From: Candidatus Nomurabacteria bacterium
GTDB lineage: Bacteria; Patescibacteriota; Patescibacteriia; HK-STAS-PATE-3
Length of the DNA: 64,000 nt
Direction: 5' to 3'
Assembly (NCBI GenBank): GCA_023898465.1
Contig: CP060223.1
Location: 224,001-288,000 of the forward strand
Part shown: positions 32,370-42,100 of the stretch, piece after piece
Layout of the letters: every line of letters begins with the position of its first letter
Position numbering within the stretch: the first letter of the stretch is position 1
Notes under the pieces: model-generated
What the model saw: only the letters and a program-made list of their open reading frames with translations
What the model was told of the DNA's origin: nothing
Databases searched by the model: none
Made by a program: the position numbers and the translations under genes

Positions 32370-32885
32370 ATGAGCAATCAGCAACGACGATCTCGACGAG
32401 ATGTAGAACAAAAAGACCGCGAATTTGAGCAGCGGGTTGTAGAAATTAGTCGTGTTACCCGTGTGGTAGCCGGCGGTAAGCGCATGCGATTTCGTGCTAC
32501 GGTTGTGTTGGGTGATGCCAAGGGTCGGGTTGGTTACGGTACTCGGAAAGGTCTCGATGTCAGTGGTGCAGTCAGTAAGGCTTCTGCGGCAGCGCGTAAA
32601 ACCATGATGCGAGTTCCGATGCAAGAGACTACCATTCCTCATGAAGTAAATACGCATTACGGTGCCGCTCATGTGCTTTTGAAGCCAGCTCCAGCCGGTC
32701 GTGGTGTTATTGCTGGTGGTGCGGTCCGCATTGTCATGGAATTAGCAGGCGTTAAGGATGTGGTGGCAAAAATGTTTGGCTCACGTAATAAATTGAACAA
32801 CATTAAGGCTACGTTCCGTGCCTTAGAGCAACTCCGTCCACCAAAGCCAAAGAAGACGGAAGAGAAGGAGAAGTCACATGACTAA
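32370..32885 (+). CDS. rpsE: 30S ribosomal protein S5
   Basis: The internal ATG at 32370 (MSNQQRR...) gives a 171-aa S5 (RVVEISRVTRVVAGGKRMRFRA...). The longer track ORF starts at 32244 and overlaps L18. rplO follows directly, with no rpmD (L30). Confidence 0.9.
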   Translation: MSNQQRRSRRDVEQKDREFEQRVVEISRVTRVVAGGKRMRFRATVVLGDAKGRVGYGTRKGLDVSGAVSKASAAARKTMMRVPMQETTIPHEVNTHYGAAHVLLKPAPAGRGVIAGGAVRIVMELAGVKDVVAKMFGSRNKLNNIKATFRALEQLRPPKPKKTEEKEKSHD

Positions 32886-33357
32886 AGGTTTGCACACACT
32901 TCGCCAACCAAAAGGTGCTAAGTCTGGCAAGCGACGAGGTCGCGGTCATGGCAGCGGTTTAGGTACCTATTCCGGACGCGGTATGAAGGGTCAGCGAGCT
33001 CGTACTGGTGGACGCCAAGGAACCCTGCGACGTACCATGAAGCAGTTGATTGCTCGCATACCAAAGACGCGAGGTTTTTCCAGCGGCAAAAAAGCAGCAA
33101 CTGAAGTATACCTCAGTCAGCTCAATGTTTTTCCTGAGGGCAGTGAAGTATATCCTGGCTTATTGAAGAAACAGGGGATTATTCAGAGTGATCGACTCGT
33201 GAAGGTGATCGGCAACGCTGGATTGGAAAAAAGGCTTGATGTGAAGGCACATCGCTTTTCTGAAGGTGCTCGACGTGCTATAACTGAAAAAGGTGGCAAA
33301 GTTGTTCTCCTTCCTTTACCAATCGGTCCGCAACCAAAGCGACATCAAAGCTCATAG
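32878..33357 (+). CDS. rplO: 50S ribosomal protein L15
   Basis: Gly/Arg-rich N-terminus GKRRGRGHGSG...GRGMKGQ. Confidence 0.9.
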   Translation: MTKGLHTLRQPKGAKSGKRRGRGHGSGLGTYSGRGMKGQRARTGGRQGTLRRTMKQLIARIPKTRGFSSGKKAATEVYLSQLNVFPEGSEVYPGLLKKQGIIQSDRLVKVIGNAGLEKRLDVKAHRFSEGARRAITEKGGKVVLLPLPIGPQPKRHQSS

Positions 33358-33360
33358 CCC

Positions 33361-34638
33361 ATGTGGGAAAAAATCTCACTCATCTGGCGAATTCCTGAAA
33401 TACGAAAAAAGATTCTGATTGTACTCGGACTCTTAGTTGTTTTTCGTGTCGCCGCACACATTCCAATTCCTGGCGTGAACACCTCTGAGTTGCAGAGTTT
33501 TTTTAATTCAAACCAATTCCTCGGACTCCTCAATATTTTTTCTGGAGGAGCCTTAGAGAATTTCTCCATTGTCATGTTGGGCGTAGGTCCATACATTACA
33601 GCTTCAATTATTTTCCAATTGTTGGTGATGATTATCCCTCGCTTAGAAGAGTTGCAAAAAGAAGGCGAGCGTGGACAGCAAAAAATCAACCAATGGACGC
33701 GTCTGCTTACTGTGCCGCTGGCCGTGTTGCAGGGCTATGCCACTATTACTTTTTTGAAACAGCAGCAGGGTGCCCAACTCATTGGCACACTCAGTAGCTT
33801 TGATCTCGTTGTTGCGCTTGTTACCGTTACTGCTGGTACTATTTTCTTAATGTGGATTGGTGAATTGATTTCTGAGCAGAAAGTAGGCAACGGTATTTCC
33901 TTACTTATTTTTGCCGGTATTGTTGCGCAAATTCCATTACAAATTCAACAACTCGCTGCCACCTTTGATGCAACCCAGATACTCAATGTTGGTGTCTTTG
34001 TCCTCATTGGACTTATCACCATCGCTGGGGTGGTCTATGTGACTGAAGCGCAACGAAACATTCCGGTGTCCTACGCTCGCCGCATTCGTGGTAATCGTAT
34101 GTTTGGTGGCGTCAATACCCATTTGCCTTTGCGCGTGAACCAGGCTGGTGTGATTCCAATCATCTTCGCAGTTTCGCTTGTGCTTTTTCCATCCTTGATT
34201 GCGCAGTTTTTTGTGAATTCAACTAATGCTACGGTGGCGGGTATTGCGCAATGGGTGACAACCGCTTTTCAAGGTGGATGGCTCTATGGCACTCTTTATT
34301 TCATCCTCGTGTTTGCCTTTACCTACTTCTACACCTCAGTAGTTTTCCATCCCAATCAGGTTGCAGAGAATTTGCAGAAGCAAGGCGGCTTTATTCCCGG
34401 CATCCGGCCTGGTCGACATACCGAAGAGTACCTAGGCTATGTTTCTAATCGCATCATTTTAGCCGGTGCGCTTTTCCTAGGTATCGTGGCAGTATTACCA
34501 ATTGCCCTCCAATCAGCCGCTCCATCTCAATCCCTCGTGATTGGTGGCACTAGCTTGCTGATTGTGGTAAGCGTGGTCATCGAAACCGTGCGACAAATTG
34601 AGTCCCAGTTGATTGTCCGGGACTACGAAGGATTTTAA
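33361..34638 (+). CDS. secY: preprotein translocase subunit SecY
   Basis: 10-TM protein of 425 aa with conserved SecY segments (GxxPYITASII, QxxxGxxP). Confidence 0.95.
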   Translation: MWEKISLIWRIPEIRKKILIVLGLLVVFRVAAHIPIPGVNTSELQSFFNSNQFLGLLNIFSGGALENFSIVMLGVGPYITASIIFQLLVMIIPRLEELQKEGERGQQKINQWTRLLTVPLAVLQGYATITFLKQQQGAQLIGTLSSFDLVVALVTVTAGTIFLMWIGELISEQKVGNGISLLIFAGIVAQIPLQIQQLAATFDATQILNVGVFVLIGLITIAGVVYVTEAQRNIPVSYARRIRGNRMFGGVNTHLPLRVNQAGVIPIIFAVSLVLFPSLIAQFFVNSTNATVAGIAQWVTTAFQGGWLYGTLYFILVFAFTYFYTSVVFHPNQVAENLQKQGGFIPGIRPGRHTEEYLGYVSNRIILAGALFLGIVAVLPIALQSAAPSQSLVIGGTSLLIVVSVVIETVRQIESQLIVRDYEGF

Positions 34639-34646
34639 CTACGCCT

Positions 34647-35246
34647 ATGGACACTACTTCAACGAGTGCGTCGTCTGAGCAGTCGAGTGCTTTGCATATT
34701 ATCATTTTAGGGCCGCAAGGTTCTGGCAAGGGCACCCAGGCTGAGGTGTTGGCGCAAAAGTATAACCTTTTTCACTTAGAAACAGGTAAATTAATGCGAG
34801 CAGCTGCTCAGGAAGAGAGCGACTTAGGTCGTCAGGTGAATGAATACATCAACGTGAAGGGAGAACTTGTGCCCTTCGATATTGTGATGGAAATTTTCCG
34901 GCGAGAAGTTGAACGTGTACCGCTCACTCAAGGAATTGTTTTTGATGGTACACCACGGCGAATGCCAGAAGTGGCATATTGGGATAAAGAGCTGCCCAAG
35001 TTGGGCCGGCGATTTACGCACATCTTTTCGCTGAGTTTATCCGAAGAGAAAACCATGGAGCGACTCATGCTGCGGAAACGAGAAGACGATACTGAGGAAA
35101 CTATTCGCAAGCGCTTGGATGAATACTATCGACAAACTGCTCCAGTATTAGCGCACTATAAAGAGGCAGGGGAGTTGATTGAAATTAACGGCGATCAAAG
35201 TATTGAAGAGGTATTTCGCGACCTTGAAAAGCATTTTCAAGTATGA
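34647..35246 (+). CDS. adk: adenylate kinase (short form without zinc lid)
   Basis: P-loop GPQGSGKGTQ. Follows secY. Confidence 0.9.
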   Translation: MDTTSTSASSEQSSALHIIILGPQGSGKGTQAEVLAQKYNLFHLETGKLMRAAAQEESDLGRQVNEYINVKGELVPFDIVMEIFRREVERVPLTQGIVFDGTPRRMPEVAYWDKELPKLGRRFTHIFSLSLSEEKTMERLMLRKREDDTEETIRKRLDEYYRQTAPVLAHYKEAGELIEINGDQSIEEVFRDLEKHFQV

Positions 35247-36016
35247 GTCAATTGAAGCAGCCAAATGAAATAAAGAAAATGGCTGCGTCTGGTCGTCAGC
35301 TGGCTGAGATATTAGACGAAGTCAAAAAGCATGTGCGGGTTGGGATAAGCACAGGCGAGCTTGATCGGATTGCCGCAAAACTGATGCAAGATGCCGGCGT
35401 GAAGCCAGCCTTCTTGGGATATCGCGGTTACCCCGGCGTATTGTGTACCTCACGCAATGAACAGGTGGTGCATGGAATTCCTTCAAACGATGAAATATTA
35501 CAGAACGGTGACTTACTGAGTATCGATATCGGCATAGTGAAAGAAGGTTGGTATGCTGACATGGCTGAAACGGTCGCAGTTGGGAACATAAGCTATGCGG
35601 CAGAGCGTTTAATGAGTACCACTCGCGAAGCGCTGCAACGTGGTATTGCCGCTTTAAAAATCGGTGAGCCATTAGGCAGGGTTGGTGCTGCGGTACAGAG
35701 CTTTAGCGAATCGCGTGGTTACGGAGTTGTGCGAGATCTTTGCGGACACGGCATTGGCCGAGCTATGCACGAGGATCCCATGGTGCCGAACTACGGTAGT
35801 GCGGAGAGTGGTCCTATTGTGCAGCCGGGTCTAGTTATTGCGATTGAGCCAATGATCACGGCAGGAAAATGGCAGGTAAAAACTTTAGCCGATGGATGGA
35901 CAGTGGTCACTGCCGATGGAGGCTTAAGCGCCCATTTTGAAAAAACAGTAGCGGTGACCGAACACGGTGTGGAGATATTAACCGGACTCAGCCATGGCAA
36001 GAATTCTCGCGCTTGA
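35243..36016 (+). CDS. map: methionine aminopeptidase type I
   Basis: MetAP fold motifs (HGIP...D...D...H...E...E). Follows adk. Confidence 0.95.
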   Translation: MSQLKQPNEIKKMAASGRQLAEILDEVKKHVRVGISTGELDRIAAKLMQDAGVKPAFLGYRGYPGVLCTSRNEQVVHGIPSNDEILQNGDLLSIDIGIVKEGWYADMAETVAVGNISYAAERLMSTTREALQRGIAALKIGEPLGRVGAAVQSFSESRGYGVVRDLCGHGIGRAMHEDPMVPNYGSAESGPIVQPGLVIAIEPMITAGKWQVKTLADGWTVVTADGGLSAHFEKTVAVTEHGVEILTGLSHGKNSRA

Positions 36017-36398
36017 TCTAGGTAAACAAAAGACCGGTCTTGCTTTATCAGACCCTGATCAGCGCTGGGCCTTTGGACGTGGTATCGTCAAGGGCAGTAT
36101 TGAAGATGTAGTAAAGGCGATTACTGACATTCGGACTACTGATGAGATTGAGCGCGTGGTAATTGGCTTACCGCTTTCTCTGCAAGGTACGGGTATAGGG
36201 GAGCAAGAGCAGTGGGTCCGCGAACAGGCTGAAAAGATTCGCCAAGGTGTGCAATTGCCCGTAGAGTTTATGGAAGAACGTTTTAGCAGCGAGATGGGGA
36301 GGCGTTTGCAGCAAGAGGCGGGCAAAAAAGGGGACGATGATGAGGCGGCAGCGAAAATTATTTTGCAGTCTTATTTAGATCAGCGTTTTCGCACATGA
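35994..36398 (+). CDS. ruvX: Holliday-junction-resolvase-like / pre-16S rRNA nuclease YqgF (RuvX)
   Basis: MARILALDLGKQKTGLALSD is the YqgF/RNase H-like fold N-terminus. Confidence 0.85.
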   Translation: MARILALDLGKQKTGLALSDPDQRWAFGRGIVKGSIEDVVKAITDIRTTDEIERVVIGLPLSLQGTGIGEQEQWVREQAEKIRQGVQLPVEFMEERFSSEMGRRLQQEAGKKGDDDEAAAKIILQSYLDQRFRT

Positions 36399-37495
36399 GT
36401 TTTTGGCTTGTCAACGGTATTTTTTTCCTAAGCAGTTTTGTGCTGGCTGCCTTGAGCACGCCGCTTTTTCGCCGGATCGCATATCGATTTCATTTACTTG
36501 ACACCCCGGCCAGCGCACCAGAACGAAAACTGCAGACTCAGCCAATTCCTTTACTTGGAGGTTGGGCGATTTTCTTTTCCTTTACCATGGTTATTCTTTT
36601 GGGTGCGTGGCTCGGCTGGTTTCAGGATGGAGTCATAAGCGCAAAAGCCTTGTATGGTGTGCTCCTCGGTGGTGGACTCATTATGGTTGGCGGTACAATA
36701 GATGATAAGTGGGGAGTAGGCCCGGCTAAGCAACTTATTTGGTCCTTCCTCGCTTGTGCTATTGTTGTGGTTTCAGGAATTGGCATCAGCTTCATTACCA
36801 ATCCATTTGGGGGTGAGTTACGCTTAGACACGCTTTCCTGGTCCGTGTTCACCATGAATGATATTTCTTATCAATTTGTGGTGTGGGCTGATCTGCTCAC
36901 TTTAGCTTGGCTCATGGGCATGATGTATACGACCAAGCTGCTTGATGGTTTAGATGGACTAGTGTCCGGAGTTGGTGCAATTGCCAGCCTTATTCTTTTT
37001 GGCGTCACCCAACTGCAAGATGTGCAGCAAGCGACCACGGGATATATTGCGCTCGCGCTGGCCGGGGCTTGTCTGGGTTTCCTTATATATAATTTTTCGC
37101 CAGCGAAGATATATTTGGGACAAGGTGGAAGTTTGCTTATCGGATTTTTCTTAGGTGTGCTTTCCATCGTGAGTGGAGGAAAAATTGCTACCGCACTTCT
37201 GGTGATGGGGATTCCGATACTGGATGTGGCGTGGGTGATTCTTCGTCGAGTGATTATCGAAAAGCGTTCGCCGCTCTCGGCAGATCGTAAGCATTTGCAT
37301 TTTCGTTTACTCGATGTTGGCTTTAGTCATCGCGGCGCCGTTCTTTTTCTCTATCTGCTCACAGCATTATTCGGTAGTGCGACATTATTCTTCCGAGGAG
37401 TGGCCAAGCTATACGCGCTCGGAGCGCTTCTCTTGGTTATGTGTGCCTTGGGTATCTGGCTCGTACGTCGATATCAAGGTTTCAATAAATCGTAG
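36395..37495 (+). CDS. glycosyltransferase family 4 polyprenyl-phosphate sugar-1-phosphate transferase (MraY/WecA family)
   Basis: 10-11 TM protein with LLDGLDGL and the conserved MraY/WecA cytoplasmic loops. It is not in a dcw context, so WecA/TagO-like is more likely than MraY. Confidence 0.75.
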   Translation: MSFWLVNGIFFLSSFVLAALSTPLFRRIAYRFHLLDTPASAPERKLQTQPIPLLGGWAIFFSFTMVILLGAWLGWFQDGVISAKALYGVLLGGGLIMVGGTIDDKWGVGPAKQLIWSFLACAIVVVSGIGISFITNPFGGELRLDTLSWSVFTMNDISYQFVVWADLLTLAWLMGMMYTTKLLDGLDGLVSGVGAIASLILFGVTQLQDVQQATTGYIALALAGACLGFLIYNFSPAKIYLGQGGSLLIGFFLGVLSIVSGGKIATALLVMGIPILDVAWVILRRVIIEKRSPLSADRKHLHFRLLDVGFSHRGAVLFLYLLTALFGSATLFFRGVAKLYALGALLLVMCALGIWLVRRYQGFNKS

Positions 37496-37498
37496 TCT

Positions 37499-37993
37499 AT
37501 GCAGCGACGTTTTTTCATTGGCCTCATTGTCGTGCTGCTAGGGCTGGCGGCCGGCATAGTTTGGTGGCTTTGGTTCGCGCCAGTGAGCACAAGCGGTACG
37601 CCGACGAGTGGCGATGGTCAGGCAAAGCTGACTATTCATGAACATGAGTTCCTTGTTGATCTAGCTATTCGATCAGAAACGCAAGCTACTGGCTTAGCCT
37701 ATCGTGATGATTTGGCGAGTGACAGGGGAATGTTGTTCCTTTTTACCGAGCCGCAGAGATTGAGTTTTTGGATGAAAGGTATGCGTTTTCCTCTTGATAT
37801 TATTTGGATACGAGATCAGCGGGTCATCGCTATTAGCCCTGAGGTCCCGCTAGCGCCTCGACGGGGCATTTTGCCAACCTATGCACCAAAAAGCCCAGCC
37901 GATGCCGTGCTTGAGGTCAGAGCGGGATTAGCAAAAAACCTAGGAATTTCGGTCGGTGACACAGTTTCTTGGGAGATATTGACGTCAGAGTGA
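37499..37993 (+). CDS. DUF192 (COG1430) family protein with N-terminal membrane anchor
   Basis: FWMKGMRFPLDIIWIRDQRVIAI matches the DUF192 core. Confidence 0.65.
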   Translation: MQRRFFIGLIVVLLGLAAGIVWWLWFAPVSTSGTPTSGDGQAKLTIHEHEFLVDLAIRSETQATGLAYRDDLASDRGMLFLFTEPQRLSFWMKGMRFPLDIIWIRDQRVIAISPEVPLAPRRGILPTYAPKSPADAVLEVRAGLAKNLGISVGDTVSWEILTSE

Positions 37994-38016
37994 GTGCGTG
38001 CTAGCATACTGCCGTT

Positions 38017-38346
38017 ATGCCTAAAGAAGAAAACAAGCAACTCGCGGTTATTGCCCAGGGCGGACGTCAATATGTAGTTCGGCCAAACGCAAAAATTACG
38101 GTCAATTCTTTCACCCATGAAGGCGACACTGTCACGCTCGATAATGTGCTTTTAGTGCATGATGGAAAAACCACCAAGGTTGGTAAGCCTCAAGTGGAGG
38201 GTGCCACGGTTACCGCAAAAGTGCTGAAAGTAGGCAAAGGTAAAAAAGTAGTTATTCAAAAGTACAAGCCAAAGGTACGATACCGTCGCAAGACCGGTCA
38301 TCGCCAAGGTATTGTTGAATTGCAGATACAGGATATTCATTCCTAA
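38017..38346 (+). CDS. rplU: 50S ribosomal protein L21
   Basis: AVIAQGGRQYVVRPN... with a basic C-terminus. No rpmA (L27) downstream. Confidence 0.9.
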   Translation: MPKEENKQLAVIAQGGRQYVVRPNAKITVNSFTHEGDTVTLDNVLLVHDGKTTKVGKPQVEGATVTAKVLKVGKGKKVVIQKYKPKVRYRRKTGHRQGIVELQIQDIHS

Positions 38347-38375
38347 GCACGAAGTTCGAATTTCGAAACAATATT

Positions 38376-38408
38376 AAAACACGAATGTTTCAAACATTCT
38401 GTTTTTTG
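38376..38408. terminator. intrinsic terminator (gaatgtttcaaacattc + TGTTTTTT), probably bidirectional
   Basis: Hairpin plus T-run between rplU (+) and recR (-). Confidence 0.55.
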
Positions 38409-38434
38409 TAATAAAGCTTGTTAGTATTTCGAGA

Positions 38435-39058
38435 TTAGGAATTTTGAGTTTGGTCAGCCTGCATGGCACTTCTCCCTTTTATCGCATTGGAGAGCGTTAC
38501 CTCGTCAGTGTATTCCAAATCGCTTCCCATTGGTAAGCCACGGGCCAGGCGGGTGACTTTTACATGCAGGGGTTTTAACTGCTGATGAAGATATAAGCCG
38601 GTTGCCTCACCCTCCATATCGGGGTTTGTAGCGATAATAAGTTCCTCGATAGATTCTTTCTGCACTCGATCAAGGAGTTGAGTCACGCGCAGTTGCTCAG
38701 GACCGATGCCGTCAATTGGATTGAGTACGCCGCCTAAAACATGATAGCGTCCCTGATACTCACCAGTACTCTCAATAGCCAGCATGTCAGCGCTGGTTGC
38801 TACTACACAGAGGGTATGCAAATCGCGTTGCGTGTCACGGCAAATGCGACAGGGAGAGGATTCAGTATAGGTTCCACAGATCTCGCAGCTGCGCACCTGC
38901 TCTTTAAGCACGCGCAAACTATCCACCAGATGTTCAATCTGTTCCGGGGGCCGAGTGAGGAGATAGAGCACATAGCGCTCGGCGGTTTTACGACCAACAC
39001 CGGGCAGACGAGCAAAATCCTCGATCAAATCATGAATCGGGGCGGGGAATTGCGTCAT
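38435..39058 (-). CDS. recR: recombination protein RecR
   Basis: C4 zinc finger CEICGTYTESSPCRIC and Toprim domain. Length 207 aa. Confidence 0.95.
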   Translation of the reverse strand: MTQFPAPIHDLIEDFARLPGVGRKTAERYVLYLLTRPPEQIEHLVDSLRVLKEQVRSCEICGTYTESSPCRICRDTQRDLHTLCVVATSADMLAIESTGEYQGRYHVLGGVLNPIDGIGPEQLRVTQLLDRVQKESIEELIIATNPDMEGEATGLYLHQQLKPLHVKVTRLARGLPMGSDLEYTDEVTLSNAIKGRSAMQADQTQNS

Positions 39059-39067
39059 ACACGTACG

Positions 39068-39364
39068 CTAGCCTAAGCCAGGGATCTGCATGCCTGAGGA
39101 ACGCATTTTCATTGCTACAGCTTTTTGTACTTTTTTTGTAGCCTCAGAAAAAAGTTCCTTGAGAGCCTTTTCCAGTTCATCCTTTTTCTCAGGATTGAGA
39201 AATTCCGGATCAATGGATAGGGAGAGCACTTCTTGATTTCCATCCATGACCAGGGAGATTTTTCCACCCTTTACGTCGTGGTGGATAGTTTCTTGTGCCA
39301 GCATATTTTGCAGCACTTTTGCTTGGTCTCGGAGGTCTTTGATTTGCTTGAGTTTGTTGAACAT
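39068..39364 (-). CDS. ybaB: nucleoid-associated protein YbaB/EbfC
   Basis: 98 aa, lies between dnaB-side genes and recR as in the canonical dnaX-ybaB-recR arrangement. Conserved GG.ISL...G fold. Confidence 0.85.
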   Translation of the reverse strand: MFNKLKQIKDLRDQAKVLQNMLAQETIHHDVKGGKISLVMDGNQEVLSLSIDPEFLNPEKKDELEKALKELFSEATKKVQKAVAMKMRSSGMQIPGLG

Positions 39365-39436
39365 AGTATGGGAAGTTTAGCAAAAATACCCAATTCTGTC
39401 ACTCTGAAACAAGTTCAGGGTGACAACTGCTTGTGT

Positions 39437-40786
39437 TTAAAATGGTTCCTGAACTCGGGTTTCGAGGTTTTTGAAACTCACCGTGTTCTCATCGAAGAAC
39501 ATTTGCACGATGCCGGTAGGGCCATTACGGTGCTTGGCAATGTGAATTTCAGCCACATTGCGTCGGTCGGTCTCGGGCTTATAGAGTGCTTCACGATAGA
39601 TAAACATCACCACGTCGGCATCTTGCTCAATAGAACCGGATTCGCGCAGGTCGGCCAGCTTTGGTATCGGAGGAGTGCGGGATTCCACTGCACGAGAAAG
39701 CTGAGAAAGTGCTAAGACCGGCACATCGAGCTCTTTTGCAATACCCTTGAGTCCACGCGTGATTTCCGCAACCTGCTGCACACGGCTCTCTGAATCAACA
39801 CGTCCTTCCATTAACTGGAGGTAGTCGACAACAAGTAAGCCGAGGCCGTGTTCAGTTTTGAGGCGACGGGCCTTGGTGCGCATTTCCATGACCGAGGTCA
39901 CTGCTGAGTCATCGATGAAAATTTGTGCTTCGGATAGCGTACCAATCGCGTGGCCAATGCGAGGGAAGTCATCATCCTGTTCATCAGATGAGAGTTTACC
40001 AGTACGCATTTTCCAAAGGCTAACACCAGCTTCAGCACAGATCATACGATCGACCAATTGCTCCTTGGACATTTCTAAGCTGAAAATGCCAACCGGTTGC
40101 TTGCTCTTAATCGCCACATTACGGGCCAGGTCCATTGCCAGCGAAGTTTTACCAACTGATGGACGGGCAGCTAAAATAATGAGGTCAGAACGTTGTAAGC
40201 CCGCCAGGATATTATCAAGATCAGTGTAGCCAGTTGGTAAACCGCGCAGAGTACCACTTTGCTTATGCAGCTCGTCGATGCGTTCAAAAGCATCTGATAG
40301 GGCGCTTTGCAGACTGATAAACTGCTGGCGCATGTATTTTTGCGAGACCTCGAAGAGTCGCTGTTCAGCTTGGTCCAGCAGAATATCAACCTCGTCGGTT
40401 TCTTTATAGCCCAGCGCATTAATTTCCTGAGAAGCACCAATCAAGCGACGCAGCGTAGCCTTGCGTTGCACAATATTGGAATGATGCACGATATTTGAGG
40501 CAGTTGCTACGGCGTTAGAAAGTTCCGCCAAATAACTACGTCCGCCAATCATCTCGAGCTGTTTTCGCTCATTCAGGCGATTGGTGAGCGAGAGGATGTC
40601 GATAGGCTCCTGCTTGGCATAGAGCTCCAACATAGCCTCAAAAATCATTCGATGCGTGTCCTTATAAAAGTCCTCTGGCCGCAGCTGGTCCGCAATCTTA
40701 ATAATGGCGTCTTTATCTATAAGTAGACTGCCAAGAGTGGCCTGCTCTGCTTCGATATTCTGGGGTGGGATGATTTCCTGTGGCAT
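39437..40786 (-). CDS. dnaB: replicative DNA helicase DnaB
   Basis: EAEQATLGSLL N-terminal domain, Walker A ARPSVGKTS and RecA-like core. Length 449 aa. Confidence 0.95.
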   Translation of the reverse strand: MPQEIIPPQNIEAEQATLGSLLIDKDAIIKIADQLRPEDFYKDTHRMIFEAMLELYAKQEPIDILSLTNRLNERKQLEMIGGRSYLAELSNAVATASNIVHHSNIVQRKATLRRLIGASQEINALGYKETDEVDILLDQAEQRLFEVSQKYMRQQFISLQSALSDAFERIDELHKQSGTLRGLPTGYTDLDNILAGLQRSDLIILAARPSVGKTSLAMDLARNVAIKSKQPVGIFSLEMSKEQLVDRMICAEAGVSLWKMRTGKLSSDEQDDDFPRIGHAIGTLSEAQIFIDDSAVTSVMEMRTKARRLKTEHGLGLLVVDYLQLMEGRVDSESRVQQVAEITRGLKGIAKELDVPVLALSQLSRAVESRTPPIPKLADLRESGSIEQDADVVMFIYREALYKPETDRRNVAEIHIAKHRNGPTGIVQMFFDENTVSFKNLETRVQEPF

Positions 40787-40914
40787 AGGCGTGGGTTGAT
40801 TGTAGGCTGAGCCGGCGGCAAAGGCAAGTCAGCGCTCCACAGCTTTTTCCCCATAATTTTCCCCTGTTTCTCCTGCTTGAAAAGGTGGGAGCTCTTCAGT
40901 ATAATGATCCGGTT

Positions 40915-41442
40915 ATGGGGCAAAATAATCTTGAACTCGTCGTCCTGGATGTAGAAACATCAGGCATGCGGCCAGAAGATGGTCATTGCGTGATTGAATT
41001 GGGCGCCCAACGCTTACGGGGCACCGAAATATTGGCGTCTTTTGATTATCTTATCAAGCCCTCACGTCCATTAGACCCTGAGTCGCAGGCCGTGCACGGT
41101 ATTACCGAAGCGGAATTGCTAGAAAAGGGGAGAGAGCCGGCCGAGGTCTTTGCAGAGTTTCGGGAATTTAGCAAGGATGCAGTTTTAGTGGGACACAATG
41201 TAGGTTTTGATCTTGCCTTCATAAATGCTGAATATCGCCGTTTAGGGCAGGAAGCCTTAACAAACGAAATTCTCGATACTATTGCCTTAGCACGACGTTA
41301 TCTTATTTTACCAAGCTACAGCTTAAAAAACGTCGCAGCATATTTGAAAGTGCCTCAACCAAGCGCCCACCGAGCCTTAGCCGACGTGCAAACAACAACC
41401 GAAGTGCTACTCAAATTGATTGAGCGGGCGAAGCAGCGTTGA
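40915..41442 (+). CDS. DnaQ-like 3'-5' exonuclease (DNA polymerase III epsilon family)
   Basis: Exo I VVLDVETSG, Exo II LVGHNVGFDLAF and Exo III H...ALADV motifs. Confidence 0.8.
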   Translation: MGQNNLELVVLDVETSGMRPEDGHCVIELGAQRLRGTEILASFDYLIKPSRPLDPESQAVHGITEAELLEKGREPAEVFAEFREFSKDAVLVGHNVGFDLAFINAEYRRLGQEALTNEILDTIALARRYLILPSYSLKNVAAYLKVPQPSAHRALADVQTTTEVLLKLIERAKQR

Positions 41443-41523
41443 GAGAGGTTTCCCTTGCTAGGACTTGAAAAAATATCAGCATTTTGCTATGTTCCCTACG
41501 ATTTAAGGGAAACATAAGAATCT

Positions 41524-41598
41524 GGGTCCATAGCTCAATGGTAGAGCAACTGCCTTTTAAGCAGTGGGTTGGTGGTTCGAGCCCACCTGGACCCACCA
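41524..41598 (+). tRNA. tRNA-Lys (anticodon TTT)
   Basis: Cloverleaf: acceptor GGGTCCA/TGGACCC, D-arm GCTC-AATGGTA-GAGC, anticodon stem ACTGC/GCAGT with loop CTTTTAA, T-arm GGTGG-TTCGAGC-CCACC, encoded CCA. Confidence 0.9.
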
Positions 41599-42100
41599 GT
41601 CATATCGCGCTTTTTGCATACCCAAGAAGCGAGACCCAGCATAGCGTGGGTCTCGTGTGAGTTCAGACGCCTTTGCGGGCGTGGGGATTGTGGCGATAGA
41701 TCGCCATTCCCGGCTTTGCGGTACTGGGAACCTCGATCAGGATATCTCCGCTAGCACCGAAGACGTTTCGCGTCGTTGCCCCGAGGTCAACACGCAGGGT
41801 TGTCAGAGGCGCTGCTCCGAGCGGATCCCCGAGACAAATAATGTCTCGATCATGCAGCGTCACTCCTTGTTTGAGGCTGGCCGTATGCGTTCGTTGGAAC
41901 TGCACACTGCCGAGTACGCCAATCTTGATCCAGTCGGTCTGCGTAGCCGCTTGCGTCGACATAGTACCCCCATTCTTCCAGTGAAAGGCACGCACGGATC
42001 TCATCCTGAGAATGTGCAAATCTTGCCACGGAGTGTAGCGCTGTGGATTTTCTTTGTCAAGCAAAACGGACACACTCAAGTGAGGTGTCCGTAGTTGGGG

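Noticed and set aside
36551-37167. Minus-strand ORFs within the MraY/WecA-family gene
   Set aside because: These are antisense frames of a clear polytopic transferase gene with no support.
41657-42094. Two fully overlapping ORFs on opposite strands just 3' of tRNA-Lys (41657-42094 + and 41663-42079 -)
   Set aside because: I cannot decide which strand, if either, is coding. Both have G+C-driven open frames and no recognisable motif. I looked for an integrase at this tRNA-adjacent position and did not find one.
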